From: an uncultured Sphingobacteriaceae bacterium | GTDB lineage: Bacteria; Bacteroidota; Bacteroidia; Sphingobacteriales; Sphingobacteriaceae | Assembly: GCA_966250385.1 (NCBI GenBank) | Contig: CBINHC010000007.1 | Span: 108,580-172,579, forward strand | DNA length: 64,000 nucleotides | Direction: 5' to 3' | Shown here: positions 1 to 8,320 of the stretch, piece after piece | Layout of the letters: each line of letters starts with the position of its first letter | How positions within the stretch are numbered: the stretch's first letter is position 1 | Position numbers and translations under genes: made by a program | Notes under the pieces: model-generated | Told to the model about the DNA's origin: nothing | Database searches by the model: none | The model's input: the letters and a program-made list of their open reading frames with translations, nothing else

Positions 1-12
1 TGAACTTGTGAC

Positions 13-780
13 TTAGCGCTTCAGGAAGATATCGTAGGCAAACCGCAGGATGGTTGCAAAGACCACCGAAAGAAAAAATACCCGGATAAACCGGTTTCCC
101 TTCAGTAAGGCAAGCCTCGTCCCCGTAAAGGAGCCAAGCAGGTTGCATACCGCCATGGGGATGGCAATGGCAAAAACAATGTGCCCTGTTGTGCTGAAAT
201 AGATGATGGCCGCCAGATTGGTGGCCAGATTCACGAATTTGGCATTTGCACTGGCATGCAGAAAGTCGCTCCCCAGCAGCGAAATGAAAACCAGGATGAG
301 GAAGCTGCCGGTACCGGGTCCGATCAGCCCGTCATAAAACCCGATCAGCAATCCGGAAAACAATCCGATCAGCAGCTGATGCGAGGGCGGAAGATCAGTC
401 TCCCGCTGAAGTCCGAAGCTTTTCTTTGAGTACGTATAAACGGCAACCGCCACCAGTACCGCCAGGATTACCGGCTTGATGAGCTCGTTACGAAGCATGC
501 TGACACAATAGGCGCCGGCAAAAGCACCCACAAAAGCGACTGCGGAAATGCTCAGCAGGAGCTTCCAGTTCAGGCAGACGTTCCGCGCATACTGGTAGGC
601 GGCAAAAGCGGTCCCGGAGAAGGATGGGATCTTCGCCGTGCCGAGCAGCGTGGCGACCGGGTAGTTCGGCAGGATCACCAGCATCGCCGGCGTTTGGAGC
701 AGACCGCCGCCCCCGACGATCGCGTCTATAAATCCGGCGCCGAACGCGGCGATACAAAGGAGAATAAGTTCCTGGAGCAT
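13..780 (-). CDS. TSUP (TauE/SafE, YfcA-like) family anion exporter membrane protein
   Basis: 255-aa ORF that is almost entirely hydrophobic. Gly-rich motif GAGFIDAIVGGGGLLQTPAM near the N-terminus, with an internal repeat counterpart GFYDGLIGPGTGSF, typical of the two-repeat DUF81/TauE fold. Confidence 0.8.
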   Translation of the reverse strand: MLQELILLCIAAFGAGFIDAIVGGGGLLQTPAMLVILPNYPVATLLGTAKIPSFSGTAFAAYQYARNVCLNWKLLLSISAVAFVGAFAGAYCVSMLRNELIKPVILAVLVAVAVYTYSKKSFGLQRETDLPPSHQLLIGLFSGLLIGFYDGLIGPGTGSFLILVFISLLGSDFLHASANAKFVNLATNLAAIIYFSTTGHIVFAIAIPMAVCNLLGSFTGTRLALLKGNRFIRVFFLSVVFATILRFAYDIFLKR

Positions 781-805
781 AGGGCGGCAAATATCCGCCT
801 TTCTG

Positions 806-2164
806 TCATCCTTTCAAAAAACTGCGGAACCATTTGCCGGAAGATTTAATGATCCGCTCCTGGGTCTCAAAATCCACGTACACCAGCCCGAACCGCGGAG
901 CATATCCTTCAGCCCATTCAAAGTTGTCGGTCAGGCTCCAGACAAAATAGCCGTCTACCCTGCACCCCTCCCGGCGGGCGCGCAGCACCTGGTGGAGGTA
1001 CTGCTGCAGGTAGGAGGTCCGCTCGGGGTCGTGGACCTCCTTATTGATCACCTGATCCGGAAATGCCGCGCCGTTTTCGGTAATCAGGATCCGCCGGATC
1101 TGCGGGTACCTGTCAAACTTCCGGATCATACGGTACAGGCTTTCCGGGTAAATTTCCCAGTTCATGGCAGTAACCGGGACCATTCTTTTCCCGGCAGGCA
1201 CCACCCGGGCCCTGAGGTACGGCACCAGCCATGAGTGGCGGACCACCTCCCGGGTATAGTTCTGAAGCCCGGCAAAATCGAAGTCGAAGTTCATCCGGGC
1301 CTCATCTCCCTCCCGCATGTACCGCTCGATCTTCCGCAGAACCGGCAGTTCTTTCACCGGGTATCCCAGGCCCAGGACCGGCTCAAGGAACAACCTGTTC
1401 AGCAGCGCATCAGCGCGAACGGAGGCCTGATAGTCCCGGGGAGTACCGGTCAGCGGCTCGACCAGCGCACAGGAGAACGTGGTACCGATCGTTGCCTCAG
1501 GAATATTGGCCCGCAGTACCCGCCCGCCTTCGGCCATGGCCAGTACGGCGTGATGGGCGGCGGGCAGAAAATTCTTCAGCCCTTTCCTACCGGGGGCGTG
1601 CAACCCGAGAAAATAGCCGGCCCCGACGAATCCCATCGGTTCGTTCATGACCATCCAGTGGCGGACACGGTCGCCGAAGGCCCGGGAACAGGTGTCGGCG
1701 TATTCGGCAAACCAGGAAATGATGGCCCGGTTGGTCCATCCGCCGCGCGCTTCCAGCGCTTCCGGCAAATCCCAGTGATATAAGGTCACCCAGGGTGTGA
1801 TTCCGCGCTCCAGACACTGGTCGATCACCCGCTCATAATAGTCGATGCCTTTCCGGTTTATGGCGGTGTGCCCCTGGGGAAAGATCCGCGGCCACGAAAC
1901 GGAGAACCGGAAATTAGGAATATGCATATCGCTGACCAGGCGGATATCCCCGGCATACCGATGGTAGAAATCGCAGGCTACCCGGGCGTGATCTCCCCCC
2001 CGGATCCGGCCTTTCCGTTCCGTAAACGTATCCCAGATCGACCTGCCCTTTCCATCCTCCTCGGGACTTCCTTCGGTCTGGAAGGCAGAAGCGGCGACTC
2101 CCCATTGAAAGGAGTCTCCAAAAGAATCTTTCGTTAAATCGTCGGACGTCAGGGGCTGAAGCAT
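806..2164 (-). CDS. Glycoside hydrolase family 1 beta-glucosidase
   Basis: 452 aa. N-terminal FQWGVAASAFQTEG, acid/base motif WMVMNEP (NEP) and nucleophile motif ILITENGAAF (TENG). The length fits GH1. Confidence 0.92.
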   Translation of the reverse strand: MLQPLTSDDLTKDSFGDSFQWGVAASAFQTEGSPEEDGKGRSIWDTFTERKGRIRGGDHARVACDFYHRYAGDIRLVSDMHIPNFRFSVSWPRIFPQGHTAINRKGIDYYERVIDQCLERGITPWVTLYHWDLPEALEARGGWTNRAIISWFAEYADTCSRAFGDRVRHWMVMNEPMGFVGAGYFLGLHAPGRKGLKNFLPAAHHAVLAMAEGGRVLRANIPEATIGTTFSCALVEPLTGTPRDYQASVRADALLNRLFLEPVLGLGYPVKELPVLRKIERYMREGDEARMNFDFDFAGLQNYTREVVRHSWLVPYLRARVVPAGKRMVPVTAMNWEIYPESLYRMIRKFDRYPQIRRILITENGAAFPDQVINKEVHDPERTSYLQQYLHQVLRARREGCRVDGYFVWSLTDNFEWAEGYAPRFGLVYVDFETQERIIKSSGKWFRSFLKG

Positions 2165-2251
2165 GCCTCCGAAGATACAGAACTGAACAGAATGATTTCA
2201 ACAACTGCAAACCACTTGCAGAGGCGGGTGTTCTTCTGGAAAAACGTTATT

Positions 2252-2470
2252 ATGCAGTTTACGGTTCCAGACGAGGCAAAGGGGATTTATCTGACAGTGG
2301 AAGCAGTACCCGAGCGGTTCAATAACGAGACCGGGTACCGCATTTTCTTCCCCAACAAGACCAATTGCTTTATTTCATCCCGATACGGGACCTGGCGGGT
2401 ACTGGATGATCATCCGGTCAACCCCGAACTGCTTCAGGCCATCGGTGCGGCCATCGAAGAACGGGTATAG
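2252..2470 (+). CDS. Hypothetical small protein (72 aa from the internal ATG)
   Basis: ORF 2192-2470. I prefer the ATG at 2252 because it leaves an 87-nt divergent promoter region with the GH1 gene. No recognisable motif, so the coding status is weakly supported. Confidence 0.35.
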   Translation: MQFTVPDEAKGIYLTVEAVPERFNNETGYRIFFPNKTNCFISSRYGTWRVLDDHPVNPELLQAIGAAIEERV

Positions 2471-2483
2471 TCTGCACTTTTTG

Positions 2484-3263
2484 TCAGGCGTCCTTCCTGG
2501 TCGTGGCCTCCAGGACGAGCTTGTGGGCCAGTTCGGTGCCCAGGTACCGGTCGATGATCCCGTGGACCAGGTAAAGGATCGGGGTCATCAGCAAGGCGAC
2601 CAGGAATTTGTAGGAGTAATTAACAAGCCCGATCGCGGCGACCATCTGCCAGCTCCAGTGATACTGGGGATTCAGGTAAAAGGCAATAAAAATAACGATA
2701 AAGCTGTCTATGAGCTGTGAAACCACCGTTGACCCGGTCGCTCTCAGCCACAGCGCCCTTTCACCCGTCAATTTCTTGATCCGCTGAAAGATCAGCACAT
2801 CGACGATCTGACCGGCGAGGAAGGCTGTAATGGAACCGATGATGATCCACATGCCCTGCCCGAACATGGCCGTAAAGGCGGCGTCAAGGGGCACCGCCTG
2901 GCTGCCCACCGTCTGGGTCGTCCAAAAATCCGCAGGTTCCAGGCCGATGGCCATCCCTACCATGACAAAGGCATAACCGATCAGGATCGATGCCAGGACC
3001 GACAGGAACCGGACCGACCGGATCCCGAAGTACTCATTGATAATGTCCGTCATGATAAACACGAACGGCCAGGTCAGCACCCCGGCGGACATATTGAACG
3101 ACAGGTCCGGCACCCCGAAGAGGTCTATGTCGAATTTCCGGATCCCCAGGGAGGCCTCGACAGAAAATATCTTAACGCCGATAAACTCGGAAAGGACGGC
3201 GTTCGCAACCAGGAACGTCGAGAGAATCAGCAGAAGCCTGCTTTCTTTTGTTTTAAAGGTCAT
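2484..3263 (-). CDS. yhhQ: Queuosine-precursor transporter, YhhQ/DUF165 family
   Basis: Polytopic membrane protein. Segments WPFVFIMTDIINEYFG, AFLAGQIVDVLIFQRIKK and LWLRATGSTVVSQLIDSFIVIFIAF parallel the conserved blocks of E. coli YhhQ as I recall them. I chose the ATG at 3263 over the TTG at 3278. Confidence 0.82.
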   Translation of the reverse strand: MTFKTKESRLLLILSTFLVANAVLSEFIGVKIFSVEASLGIRKFDIDLFGVPDLSFNMSAGVLTWPFVFIMTDIINEYFGIRSVRFLSVLASILIGYAFVMVGMAIGLEPADFWTTQTVGSQAVPLDAAFTAMFGQGMWIIIGSITAFLAGQIVDVLIFQRIKKLTGERALWLRATGSTVVSQLIDSFIVIFIAFYLNPQYHWSWQMVAAIGLVNYSYKFLVALLMTPILYLVHGIIDRYLGTELAHKLVLEATTRKDA

Positions 3264-3347
3264 AGTTATGCGCGGCAAGTAAAAATAATTATTTTTATCA
3301 CTTCTCTGCAGCCGTTAACTTTTAGTTATTACCGAGTGATCCGTTTA

Positions 3348-4481
3348 ATGTCGAAGCTGCCACATGCAAGTGGTTCAATTTTCAGTGTTATGTCGCAGCT
3401 TGCTGCAAAGACCGGGGCGATCAACCTGTCACAGGGGTTTCCCGACTACCCTGTATCATCCGGGCTGATCGGCCGGGTCCATCATCATATGCAGGCCGGC
3501 CAGAACCAGTATGCGCCCATGCCGGGAATACTGCCGCTGCGTCAGCAGATCGCAGACAAGGTAAACGGTCTGCACAATTCGGATTACGACCCGGAAACCG
3601 AGGTAACCATCACAGCCGGCGGAACCCAGGCCATTTTCACCGCTTTGACGGCTATTATACAGCCCGGCGACGAGGTGATCATCTTTGAACCTGCCTATGA
3701 CTGCTATGCGCCGACGATTCGCCTGCTCGGCGGCCTCGTCAAGGCCTATGAACTGGCACCTCCGAACTTTAAGATCGACTGGAGTATTGTTAAGCGGCTG
3801 ATCACCGCGCACACGCGGATGATCATCATCAATACGCCCCATAATCCGACCGGCACGGTCCTGGACATGCAGGATATCCGCGAGCTCATTTCGATCACCA
3901 GGGATACCGATATCCTCATCCTCAGTGATGAGGTGTACGAACATATCATCTTTGACGGCAGGGAACACCTGAGCCTTGCCCGGTTTCCGGAGCTGCGCGA
4001 ACGAACCTTCGTTACAGCATCCTTCGGAAAGCTCTTTCACAATACCGGCTGGAAAACGGGTTACTGCCTTGCTCCGGCCCGGCTGATGGCCGAGTTCAGG
4101 AAGATACACCAGTTTATGGTGTTCTCGGCCAATACCCCGATCCAGCACGCGTTTGCGGATGTCTTCGCTGATACCGGGTACTTTTCGGAACTGAACAGTT
4201 TTTTCCAGAAAAAAAGAGATCTGTTCGCTGAAATGCTGAAGGGAACGCGCTTCAGCCTGCTGCCCTGTCACGGATCTTACTTCCAGTGTGTGACTTATGA
4301 GAAGATATCCGGAGAGAATGACCAGGACTTTGCCCGCAGGATGACCACCGATCATGGGGTTGCGGCTATTCCGGTGTCTGCCTTTTATACCAAGAATACC
4401 GATTACAGCGTTTTACGGTTTTGCTTTGCCAAGAAGGATGAAACGCTGGAGGCTGCCGCAGAAAAACTGCGCAGCATCTGA
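3348..4481 (+). CDS. ybdL: Class I/II PLP-dependent aminotransferase, YbdL-like (methionine/glutamine transaminase)
   Basis: SKLPHASGSIFSVMSQLAAKTGAINLSQGFPDYP matches the YbdL N-terminus. PLP-lysine context SFGKLFHNTGWKTGY. ATG at 3348 preferred over the GTG at 3336. Confidence 0.85.
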   Translation: MSKLPHASGSIFSVMSQLAAKTGAINLSQGFPDYPVSSGLIGRVHHHMQAGQNQYAPMPGILPLRQQIADKVNGLHNSDYDPETEVTITAGGTQAIFTALTAIIQPGDEVIIFEPAYDCYAPTIRLLGGLVKAYELAPPNFKIDWSIVKRLITAHTRMIIINTPHNPTGTVLDMQDIRELISITRDTDILILSDEVYEHIIFDGREHLSLARFPELRERTFVTASFGKLFHNTGWKTGYCLAPARLMAEFRKIHQFMVFSANTPIQHAFADVFADTGYFSELNSFFQKKRDLFAEMLKGTRFSLLPCHGSYFQCVTYEKISGENDQDFARRMTTDHGVAAIPVSAFYTKNTDYSVLRFCFAKKDETLEAAAEKLRSI

Positions 4482-4554
4482 CTTAACTATGTGCCGGCCG
4501 GGATCCGGAGCAACGGCTTCCGGCAACCGGACGGGCAATAACGATTTCTAAACG

Positions 4555-5334
4555 ATGAGCACTTTAAAAATTACGACCTTTCAGGCGTATCTGTTTTGGG
4601 AGAACACGGAAAAGAACCTCCAGAACCTTGGACTCCGGCTGTCGTCGATCCGGGAAAAGACTGACCTGATCGTGCTTCCCGAGATGTTCAACACCGGGTT
4701 TACCATGAATGCCGACCGGCTCGCGGAAGAAATGGGCGGCCGCACGATGCAGTGGATGAACGAACAGGCACGCAAATTTGATTCGGTGGTCACCGGCACG
4801 CTCATCATCCGGGAAAACGGCAACTTCTATAACCGCCTGGTCTGGATGCGTCCGGATGGCACCTATGAATATTACGACAAGAGGCATTTGTTCTCCATGG
4901 CCCGCGAAGAGGAGACGTTCACTGCGGGTAACAAAAAGTTATTCGTGGAACTGAACGGTTTTATTATCCGGCCGATCATCTGTTACGACCTGCGGTTCCC
5001 CGTCTGGTTAAGGAACACGCGGGATGAGGCGTATGATATGCTGCTGCTGGTGGCCAGCTGGCCGGAACGCCGGTCGCATCACTGGCGGACCCTGATCCCG
5101 GCACGCGCCGTCGAGAACCAGGCCTACGTGGTCGCCGTCAACCGGGTCGGCCATGACGGCAATGAGGTCTATCATTCCGGAGATTCCATGTGTATCGATC
5201 CGAACGGGAAAGTGGTCTATTATAAACCGAATGACGAAGATCTCTATACGTTCAGCATCAATAAAGGAGAAGTGACCCGCGCCCGCCAGGACTTCCCTTT
5301 CCTGCAGGATGCGGACGACTTCCGCCTCGGTTAG
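4555..5334 (+). CDS. yafV: Carbon-nitrogen hydrolase (nitrilase superfamily), omega-amidase YafV-like
   Basis: Glu-Lys-Cys triad contexts LPEMFNTGF, YDKRHLF and ICYDLRFPVW. ENQAYVVAVNRVG and the C-terminal FPFLQDADDFRLG closely parallel E. coli YafV. Confidence 0.9.
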   Translation: MSTLKITTFQAYLFWENTEKNLQNLGLRLSSIREKTDLIVLPEMFNTGFTMNADRLAEEMGGRTMQWMNEQARKFDSVVTGTLIIRENGNFYNRLVWMRPDGTYEYYDKRHLFSMAREEETFTAGNKKLFVELNGFIIRPIICYDLRFPVWLRNTRDEAYDMLLLVASWPERRSHHWRTLIPARAVENQAYVVAVNRVGHDGNEVYHSGDSMCIDPNGKVVYYKPNDEDLYTFSINKGEVTRARQDFPFLQDADDFRLG

Positions 5335-5796
5335 TTTCAGTTATTACAAACCCATCTGCCGGTGATTTGTAATAATTATATGGAAAAACATTGGAGCAGC
5401 ACCGAAAAGGAGGCTTTTATCACGGATGATAAGAGTGTTCTGTTGGGTAATGTGGAGAGTCCGGCGGGTTCGGTCGGCCAGCATACCGAAGCGAGTTCAG
5501 TTAATGACGATTTCTGCGGAAAAGGAATTGAGAATCAGCTGGTGACCGCGGTCATCCTGCATGAGAAGAAGATCAATGTCCACACCCCTGCGCACTGTAC
5601 GTTTACCAAAACGCGCTTTGCAAACGACCATGATGTTTCGATTGATTGAAAACCCGATTACCGGTGCGGTCTGACACGGGAACGGCCGCTTCATCTTCCT
5701 GATAAAATAAATCGCTATTTAACGTTATCTTAGAACGCTGATTTGGGAGCTTTACCGCTCTGCTTCTGCTTCAGGGGTTAAAATTTATGATAGCTA

Positions 5797-8247
5797 ATGT
5801 TCAGAAAGATTAAAAATAAGCCGCTCCGGTACCTCGTCATTTTCGTTTATTTCATCATCCTTTCGTTTTGCGCCATTGAGCTTAACTTCCTGTGGCTCTT
5901 CGGCTACTCCCCCACCATCCGGGATATCAAAACGCCCAATATGCGGCTGCCTTCGGAACTGTATACGGCAGACGGTAAACTGATCGGGCGGTATTACAAG
6001 GAGAACCGGACACCCGTCGATTACAAGGACATTTCTCCCGCCGTGATCAATGCGCTTATCGCAACCGAGGACGCCCGGTTTTTCAGTCACAGCGGAATCG
6101 ATGTCCGGTCCCTGGCATCCAGCATCTTTTCGACCATTGCCGGCGACGGCCGCGGGGCCAGCACGATAACCCAGCAGCTGGCTAAGAATCTTTACCGTAC
6201 GCGGAATCTGAAATCCCAGGGCGTCGTCAAATACATACCGGGGGTCAGGACACTGATCTACAAGGTAAAGGAATGGATCACCGCATTCAAGCTTGAAGGT
6301 GAATATACCAAGGAAGAAATCCTCACGCTGTACCTGAACACCGTACCGTTCGGCAGCAACACCTACGGGATCAAGATCGCATCCCGGAGATATTTCAGCC
6401 AGGAGCCCTCCAGACTGCAGGTCGAGCAGGCAGCCACCCTGGTCGGGATGCTGAAGGCCAATACCACCTACAATCCTATTCTGAACCCCGAAAAATCACA
6501 GGAACGGCGAAACATCGTACTCTCGCAGATGCAGAAATACGGATATATCACCAAGGCGGAATTCGAGAAGTACAGTCGCCGACCGATGAAGATCGTCAGC
6601 GGCGAGCTGAACGACGGCGTGGAAGGTGATTCCTACCTGCGAGCCGCTGTCGAAAATTACCTCGAGGAGTGGCTGGAAGATAACGGATACGACCTTTATG
6701 AAGGCGGGCTGAAGATCTACACGACCATTGATTCGAAGCTGCAGGGATATGCCGAAGCGGCCATGACGGAGGAAATGAAGATTCTGCAGCGGCGGCTCAA
6801 CAACGAGTGGGGCTCCCAGGATCCGTGGCATGACCTGGACGGCAACCCGATCAAGGACTTTGCGGAGCGCACCGCGCAACGGCTCCCCTACTATGCTTAC
6901 CTGAAAAAGAAATACCGCGAAACGCCGGACTCGGTTAACTACTACCTCAACAAGCGGAAAAAGATGAAGGTCTTCAGCTGGGACGGCGAGATCGAAAAGA
7001 ATTTCTCGACACTGGATTCCCTGGAATACTATTCCAAACTCCTGAACACCGGGATGATGACCATGGATCCCTTCAACGGCCACATCAAAGTATGGGTTGG
7101 CGGTATCAATAATAAATATTTCAAGTTTGACCACGTGAAGCAGGCCAAACGCCAGGCGGGTTCGACATTCAAACCGTTCGCCTACCTGGCCGCCCTGGAG
7201 TCCGGCATGGATCCCTGCGATCGTTATACGGATAAACCGGTCCGGATCACCTACCAGGAGAATCATGAGGAAAAGGTCTGGGAGCCCCGGAACGCCAGTT
7301 ACAGCTTCAGCTACCAGGAAATGTCACTCCGGCATGCAATGGCACGTTCCGTAAATTCGATTACGGCCCAGATTACCGAGGAGATCGGCGCGGAAAAGGT
7401 GGTCGAGTACGCCCATAAATGCGGGATCGAAAGTAAGCTCAAGACGGTGCCGTCAGTCAGTCTGGGACCCAATGATGTCTCCGTGTATGAAATGGTCAGG
7501 GCGTATGCCACCTTCCTGAACAAGGGAAATACGACCGAACCGATCCTGGTTCAGCGGATAACGGATAAGGACGGCAAGGTCCTGGAGGAATTTGAGAGTA
7601 AACACAAACGGGCCATCAGCGAGGAGATCGCCTGGCTGATGATGTACATGCTGCGTGGCGGAATGGAAGAACCGGGAGGAACTTCGCAGGCACTCTGGGA
7701 ATGGGACCTGTTCAAAAAGGGAAATCAGATCGCCGGGAAGACGGGTACTTCTTCCGAATATGTAGACGGCTGGTATATGGGTCTGACCAAGGACCTGGTT
7801 ACCGGTGTCTGGGTCGGCTGCGATGAGCGGAGCGTACATTTCCGTAGATCCAGTACCGGTGAAGGTTCCAAAACGGCCCTGCCTATATTTGGCAAATTTA
7901 TGGAGAAAGTCTACCGGGATCCTTCCACCGGCATTACCCCCGGTCCGTTTCCGAAGGCCGGAGTTAAAATTACCCGGGACTATAACTGCGTAACACCGCG
8001 TCCGGTGGCTGTGGACACCCTGACGGCGGACACGACCTTTGCCGATTCGCTGATGATCGATTCATTTATTGAACCCGAGGTCCCTGCCGAAGAAAACATC
8101 CTGCCTGCAGACCAACCCAAGCCCGTTATACAGCCGAAAACCCCTAGAAAAACGGACTCCATCCAGGAGCCTCTGGACCCCAAGCAACGGCGTGAACTTC
8201 GCCGTCAGAAAAAACGCGAAAAAAGAGAGGCAAACCGGGAAGGATGA
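5797..8247 (+). CDS. mrcA: Penicillin-binding protein 1A (bifunctional glycosyltransferase/transpeptidase)
   Basis: N-terminal TM anchor. GT51 motifs EDARFFSHSGID and GASTITQQLAKN. Transpeptidase SxxK (STFKP), SxN (SVN) and KTG (KTGTS). Pro/Lys/Arg-rich C-terminal tail. Confidence 0.93.
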   Translation: MFRKIKNKPLRYLVIFVYFIILSFCAIELNFLWLFGYSPTIRDIKTPNMRLPSELYTADGKLIGRYYKENRTPVDYKDISPAVINALIATEDARFFSHSGIDVRSLASSIFSTIAGDGRGASTITQQLAKNLYRTRNLKSQGVVKYIPGVRTLIYKVKEWITAFKLEGEYTKEEILTLYLNTVPFGSNTYGIKIASRRYFSQEPSRLQVEQAATLVGMLKANTTYNPILNPEKSQERRNIVLSQMQKYGYITKAEFEKYSRRPMKIVSGELNDGVEGDSYLRAAVENYLEEWLEDNGYDLYEGGLKIYTTIDSKLQGYAEAAMTEEMKILQRRLNNEWGSQDPWHDLDGNPIKDFAERTAQRLPYYAYLKKKYRETPDSVNYYLNKRKKMKVFSWDGEIEKNFSTLDSLEYYSKLLNTGMMTMDPFNGHIKVWVGGINNKYFKFDHVKQAKRQAGSTFKPFAYLAALESGMDPCDRYTDKPVRITYQENHEEKVWEPRNASYSFSYQEMSLRHAMARSVNSITAQITEEIGAEKVVEYAHKCGIESKLKTVPSVSLGPNDVSVYEMVRAYATFLNKGNTTEPILVQRITDKDGKVLEEFESKHKRAISEEIAWLMMYMLRGGMEEPGGTSQALWEWDLFKKGNQIAGKTGTSSEYVDGWYMGLTKDLVTGVWVGCDERSVHFRRSSTGEGSKTALPIFGKFMEKVYRDPSTGITPGPFPKAGVKITRDYNCVTPRPVAVDTLTADTTFADSLMIDSFIEPEVPAEENILPADQPKPVIQPKTPRKTDSIQEPLDPKQRRELRRQKKREKREANREG

Positions 8248-8320
8248 AACAAATAAATTACATTTTAAATTATCTATTATATTCCTGCACACTAACTATA
8301 TTCAACTCAATTTGAAGCAC

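Noticed and set aside
488-2210. Arg/Pro/Gly-rich ORFs overlapping the TSUP and GH1 genes (488-790, 1231-1650, 1235-1783, 1914-2210 and others)
   Set aside because: Their compositions are typical of out-of-frame or antisense translation of GC-rich coding DNA. All are fully contained in genes with strong family motifs.
3264-3335. Possible preQ1 riboswitch upstream of the YhhQ-type queuosine-precursor transporter
   Set aside because: Reading the minus strand, I find no 5-bp P1 stem followed by the A-rich tail/ACUA pattern of preQ1-I, and nothing like preQ1-II or -III. The only dyad is the CTGCAG hexamer. The leader is also only ~70 nt and very AT-rich. A cmsearch would settle it.
5362-5649. 95-aa ORF as a reportable CDS
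   Set aside because: No motif, no clear start context and mixed codon usage. Support is limited to a weak hairpin after its stop. It is kept as a finding rather than a feature.
5335-5796. RNase P RNA, tmRNA, SRP RNA or a tRNA in the long yafV-PBP1A spacer
   Set aside because: GGAGAGTCCGGCGGG superficially recalls the RNase P GGAAAGUCCGGGC box, but the other universal RNase P blocks (e.g. ACAGAACCCGGCUUA) are absent. There is no tmRNA tag ORF or CCA-proximal T-arm, no SRP GGAAGCAGC motif and no GGTTCGAATCC-type T-loop.
8069-8320. N-terminal 84-aa extension of the 1143-aa ORF, overlapping the 3' end of PBP1A
   Set aside because: The extension overlaps PBP1A coding sequence in another frame and has no signal peptide. 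The ATG at 8321 yields a textbook signal peptide ending ...PASAQ, so the real gene starts there.
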